A stretch of 64,000 nucleotides of DNA from assembly GCA_977017645.1 (NCBI GenBank), contig OZ360235.1, positions 90,396,001-90,460,000 on the forward strand, read 5' to 3'. The translations under genes and the position numbers were made by a program. The DNA is from Torpedo marmorata (Eukaryota). Positions 59,861 through 64,000 of this stretch are shown one piece after another. The notes under the pieces are model-generated. The model searched no databases. It was given only the letters and a program-made list of their open reading frames with translations, and was not told the origin of the DNA. The first letter of the stretch is position 1. Each line of letters begins with the position of its first letter.

Positions 59861-62458
59861 TTTTTTTTTGTTGAATATTTTATTTTAAATTTTAAATTTT
59901 CACACAGTAATACATACATAAATAATATACATTATTAATTTTGGTAAAATCATAATTATATTTGTATTACATAGTGTATCAATCCCTTCCCTTAACCCCC
60001 CAAACCCTTATAACATTTCAAACACTTCAAGTTAAAATTATTACTTAATATTTAATATTTCTATCCCACCCTCCACCCTTTCCCTCCCCTTAAATTCCCT
60101 CCCCTTCCTAAAAACTAAAAAAAAGAAGGAAAAAATAAAGTAATATAATATTACTTATTAGAAACATCTGTACGGATTGCCCGGGTGTCCACAGCTCAAC
60201 GCAAGGTTTTCAACAGTATTTTTATTATTTAAATTTGAGAGAGTCAGCAGGGTCTAGGATGTGGAATAACACATTTACATATTCATACCTAATGATTGGA
60301 TATATGGATGCCAAATTTGCAAAAACACCCCATATTTATTTCTCATATTATATGTTATTTTTTCCAATGGAAATCAACTCTGCATCTCTGTATTCCATCT
60401 ATCCATACCTAAATTTGTATCTGATTTCAAAGTTACTGCTATACACTTCCTTGCTACTGCTAAAGCGATTTTTACAAATTTCAATTGATATGTTGATAAC
60501 TTCAACTTTGGTCTAGTTCCTTCCACATTCCCTAATAAAAATAAATCAGGGTTTTGTGGAAATGTAACACTCGTAATTTGTTTTAAAAAATTCCCTAACT
60601 CCATCCAAAAATTTTTTACATTGGAGCATAACCATGTTGAATGTAAAAAAGTTCCCTCTTCTTCATCACATCTAAAACACTTGTTTGATAATGTAGGTTT
60701 TATCTTCTTCAATTTTTGTGGTGTAAGATATAATTGGTGTAAAAAGTTATACAGTACTAATCTATATCTTACATTAATAGTATTGGTCATGCTATCTTGA
60801 CATAAATCCGACCATCTTTTTTCATCAATTATTACATTAAGATCTTGTTCCCATCTCTGTCTAGATTTGTGAAGTCCTTGTTTTAAGGCTCCCCTTTGTA
60901 ACAAGGAATATATTATAGAAGTAAATTTTTTAGTATTACCTTTCCTAATAAGAGTTTCCACTTCGCTACAATTTTGTAACAGCATATCTGGATCTAATTT
61001 TTCCCTTAAATATCCTCTTAATTGAAAATAACAAAAAAGAGTATTGTTTGGTTTTCCATATTTGTTTCTTAGCTGTACAAACGACATCAATTGATCCCCT
61101 TCATAACAATCTTAATTCCTTTCTGTGACCATATATTTAAAAATTGATTATCTTTTGTAAAGGGTATGAGATTATTCTGTATCAATGACGTTTTAAGTGA
61201 TATAGTTCCTTTCGTCCCTATCTCATCATTAATCTTGTTCCAAGCAATAATCAAGTGTTTTAATAATGGTGTTTCTTTAACTCCTACCAATAATTTTGAG
61301 TTCCATTTATATATAAAGTCTTCTGCTACTTTCTCTCCTATTTCTCCTATCTCTATTCTAACCCATGCAGGTTTTTCTTCACTTTGAAAAAAATAAGTAA
61401 TAAATCTCATTTGTGCCGCTCGATAATAATTTTTAAAGTTAGGGAGTTGTAAACCTCCCAACTCATATTTCCATGTTAAACGTTCCATAGAGACTCTTGA
61501 CATTTTACCTCTCCAAAGAAATTTTCTCACTTGTTTATTTAAGTCTTGAAGAAAACCCGGTGGTAATAAAATAGGTATGGTTTGATACAGATATTGTATT
61601 CTTGGAAATATATTCATTTTAATACAATTAACTCTTCTTTTCCAAATCTTCTTTAACGTTTTTAAGTAATGGTAAATAATTCCATTTATATAAATTTTTT
61701 AAATTATTATCTGTTCGAATCCCTAAATATTTTATCCTGTTATGCGGCCATTTAAACTGAGTATTTATTTTACATATAGTATAATCTCCTTCTGTAAGAG
61801 GCATAATTTCACTTTTATCCCAATTTATCTTATAACCTGAAACTTTTCCATATTCTTCCAATTTAAAATGTAATCTTTGCAACGAGGTCTCAGGCTCTGT
61901 CAAATATATTAAAACATCATCCGCAAATAAACTGATTTTATGTTGTTCTTGGCCAACTCTAAATCCCTTAATTTCCAAATCGCTTCTAATTGCCTCTGCA
62001 AGTGGTTCTATAGCTAGTATAAATAAAGCTGGTGACAATGGTCACCATTGTCTACTAGACCTTGTCAAACAAAACGGAGTTGATGTTTGTCCATTAGTCA
62101 CTACTTTAGCTTTTGGAGCATTATATAATGCTTTAATCTAATTTATATAAGTCTGTCCAAATCCAAATTTCTCCAATACTTTAAACAAAAAATCCCATTC
62201 CAATCTATCAAATGCTTTTTCTGCATCTAATGCCACCGCAACACTTAGTACTTTTCTTTTTTGAGCTAAATGAATAAAACTAAGTAACCTTGCTACATTG
62301 TCAGCTGCTTGTCTTTTTTTTATAAAACTTGCCTGGTCCATGTTTACTAATTTAGGCAAAAATTTTGTTATCCTATTAGCCAAAATTTTAGCTACAATTT
62401 TATAATCTGCATTTAATAATGAAATTGGTCTATAAGACGAAGGTTTCAATGGATCTCT
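59861..62458 (-). mobile_element. L1 ORF2 (RT and C-terminus) plus 3' UTR/poly(A), interrupted by Gypsy at 62459
   Basis: SYRPISLLNADYKI, LDAEKAFDRLEW, ISLFADDVLIYL, IKYLGI, CFRC..HSTWLC; poly(A) at ~59861. Confidence 0.95.
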
Positions 62459-62814
62459 TGTAGCCGACTGCTACGAAGAAGCACACACACACAGTGTGGA
62501 AGGTTAAGCTCTATCCTTTATTGAGGCTAGAAGTACTTCTTTTATACAGTTGGAGTTCCCGCCGATTGGTTGATTGGTTGACATCAGCCGCATGAATAAC
62601 AATAGTGGGTGGGAATTCCCTTCTTCCCCAGCCTGGTATTGATCTGTTAGCTGGGCAGCTTGGCCAGCGCCATTTTAGGGCTGCTGGTCTTGTACTGCTC
62701 CAGCTTTCAACTGCGTCGGTTCGCTATGCTAAGGGTCGCGTTACAGTGTGTTATGCCGCTGTTTACTACCGCGCGCGCCGTGCGGTGTGTCGGCTCAATC
62801 TCCGGGCCGCCACA
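62459..62814 (-). repeat. Gypsy 3' LTR (356 bp)
   Basis: Minus strand TGTGGCGG...CGGCTACA, preceded by a polypurine tract (~62818-62831); AATAAA near the end. Confidence 0.85.
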
Positions 62815-64000
62815 TGACCTCCCTCCCCCCCAGAACCGGCGCTACAGTTCATAGTGTCCGTGGATGCAGTCCCCAATGTCTTTGGTGGTCTGCCTCTGCA
62901 CCGAGGTGCTGGCGTCTCCACGGGTTGTGTCGAGTCCGTGTGTGCCGGCTTGAGCCTGTCTGCAGTGAAGACCTCTGGTTTGCCACTGATATCCAGTTCG
63001 AAGGTGGCCCCGTTGTTCCAAATGACTTGGAAGGGGCCTTCGTAGGGCTTTTGTAGCGGTGGATGGTGTGGCCCTCTGCGTACGAACACATACTCACAGT
63101 CTTGGAGTTCTTTAGGGATGTTGAACTTGGCTTGCCCGTGTCTGCAGGATGGGATCATGCCAGGTTACCGACCTTTTCCCGCAGCCTGTCCAGGAAGGTG
63201 GTTGTATCCTCCTGTTGACCTCTGACCGGTGGGACGAAATCGCCGGGGACCACGAGTGGAGCTCCGTAGACAAGCTCGGCGGAGGATGTGTGGAGATCTT
63301 TCTTCGGGGCTGTACGAATCTCCAGCAGTGCACACGGCAGTTCGTCAACCCAGTTGGGGCCCTTGAGTCTGGTCATAAGGGCGGCCTTGAGGTGCCTGTG
63401 GAAGCGATCAACCAGCCCATTAGACTGCAGGTGGTATGCTGTCGTGTGGTGTAGCTGAGCGCCCCACAGGTTGGCAACGTCGGTCCACAGGCTGGAGGTA
63501 AATTGTGCGCCTCTGTCGGAGGTTATGTGGCGTGGTAGCCCGAACCTTGCTACCCAGGATGAGACGAGTGCCTTGGCGCAGGACCTGGTGGATGTGTCGG
63601 CCAGGGGGATTGCTTCTGGCCACCGGGTGAAACGGTCGACCACCGTGAACAGGTAGCGGAAACCCTGTGAGACTGGTAAGGGTCCCACTATGTCCACGTG
63701 AATGTGGTCAAACCTTCGCTCCGTTGGCTCGAAAGACTGCGGGGGGACCTTGGTGTGCCGCTGTACCTTGGCTGTTTGGCACTGTGTGCATGTCTTGCCC
63801 CACTAGCTGACTTGTTTCCGCAATCCATGCCACGCGTACTTGCTGGCCACCAACCGGACCGTGGTCCTGATTGATGTATGTGCCAGCCCGTGGATGGAGT
63901 CGAAAAATCGTCGCCTCCATGCTGTTGGGACGATAGGTCAAACCTGCCCGGTGGCCACGTCGCACAGGAGGGTATTGTTACCTGTGCCGACTGGGATGTC
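62459..64000 (-). mobile_element. Ty3/Gypsy LTR retrotransposon 3' part (integrase, frameshifted), continuing past the window end
   Basis: DIVGPLP..YLFTVVDRFTRWPEA, ITSDRGAQFTS, TTAYH.QSNGLVDRFHR, PYEGPF (GPY/F module). Confidence 0.95.

Noticed and set aside
1-64000. Novel multi-gene or prokaryote-style system (defence, CRISPR, operon)
   Set aside because: The long ORFs I could interpret are explained by known TE classes or antisense shadows, the many short ORFs show no recognisable domain, and the only host coding sequence is two contactin exons.

Overview
Eukaryotic vertebrate DNA, not prokaryotic. The repeat content (HE1-type V-SINEs sharing a CR1/HER1 tail, plus Rex1/Babar, Penelope, L1/Tx1, Gypsy and BEL/Pao elements) points to a cartilaginous fish, probably a ray; this is an inference. 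The only host coding sequence I can support is two phase-1 exons on the + strand (32243-32401 and 33228-33377). Together they encode the first FN3 domain of a contactin, most similar to CNTN1, so the rest of the window is probably intron filled with nested transposons. Best leads: (1) a 5S-rRNA-headed SINE and a ~860-bp CpG-rich non-coding retroposon that share a stem-loop/TGACAATAA/microsatellite 3' tail with Rex1/Babar LINEs; (2) a BEL/Pao derivative encoding SAP-Gag-protease in which pol is replaced by a coiled-coil extension; (3) two adjacent TSD-flanked L1s that both lack almost all of ORF2 (HAL1-like); (4) a Tc1/pogo-type MITE carrying an internal, stop-free L1 ORF2 fragment inside a four-level nest; (5) minimal hammerhead-ribozyme motifs in Penelope terminal repeats; (6) a composite double hAT MITE. 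I see no convincing new protein-based system. All family calls are by-eye pattern recognition with no database search, and boundaries without a TSD or TIR are approximate.
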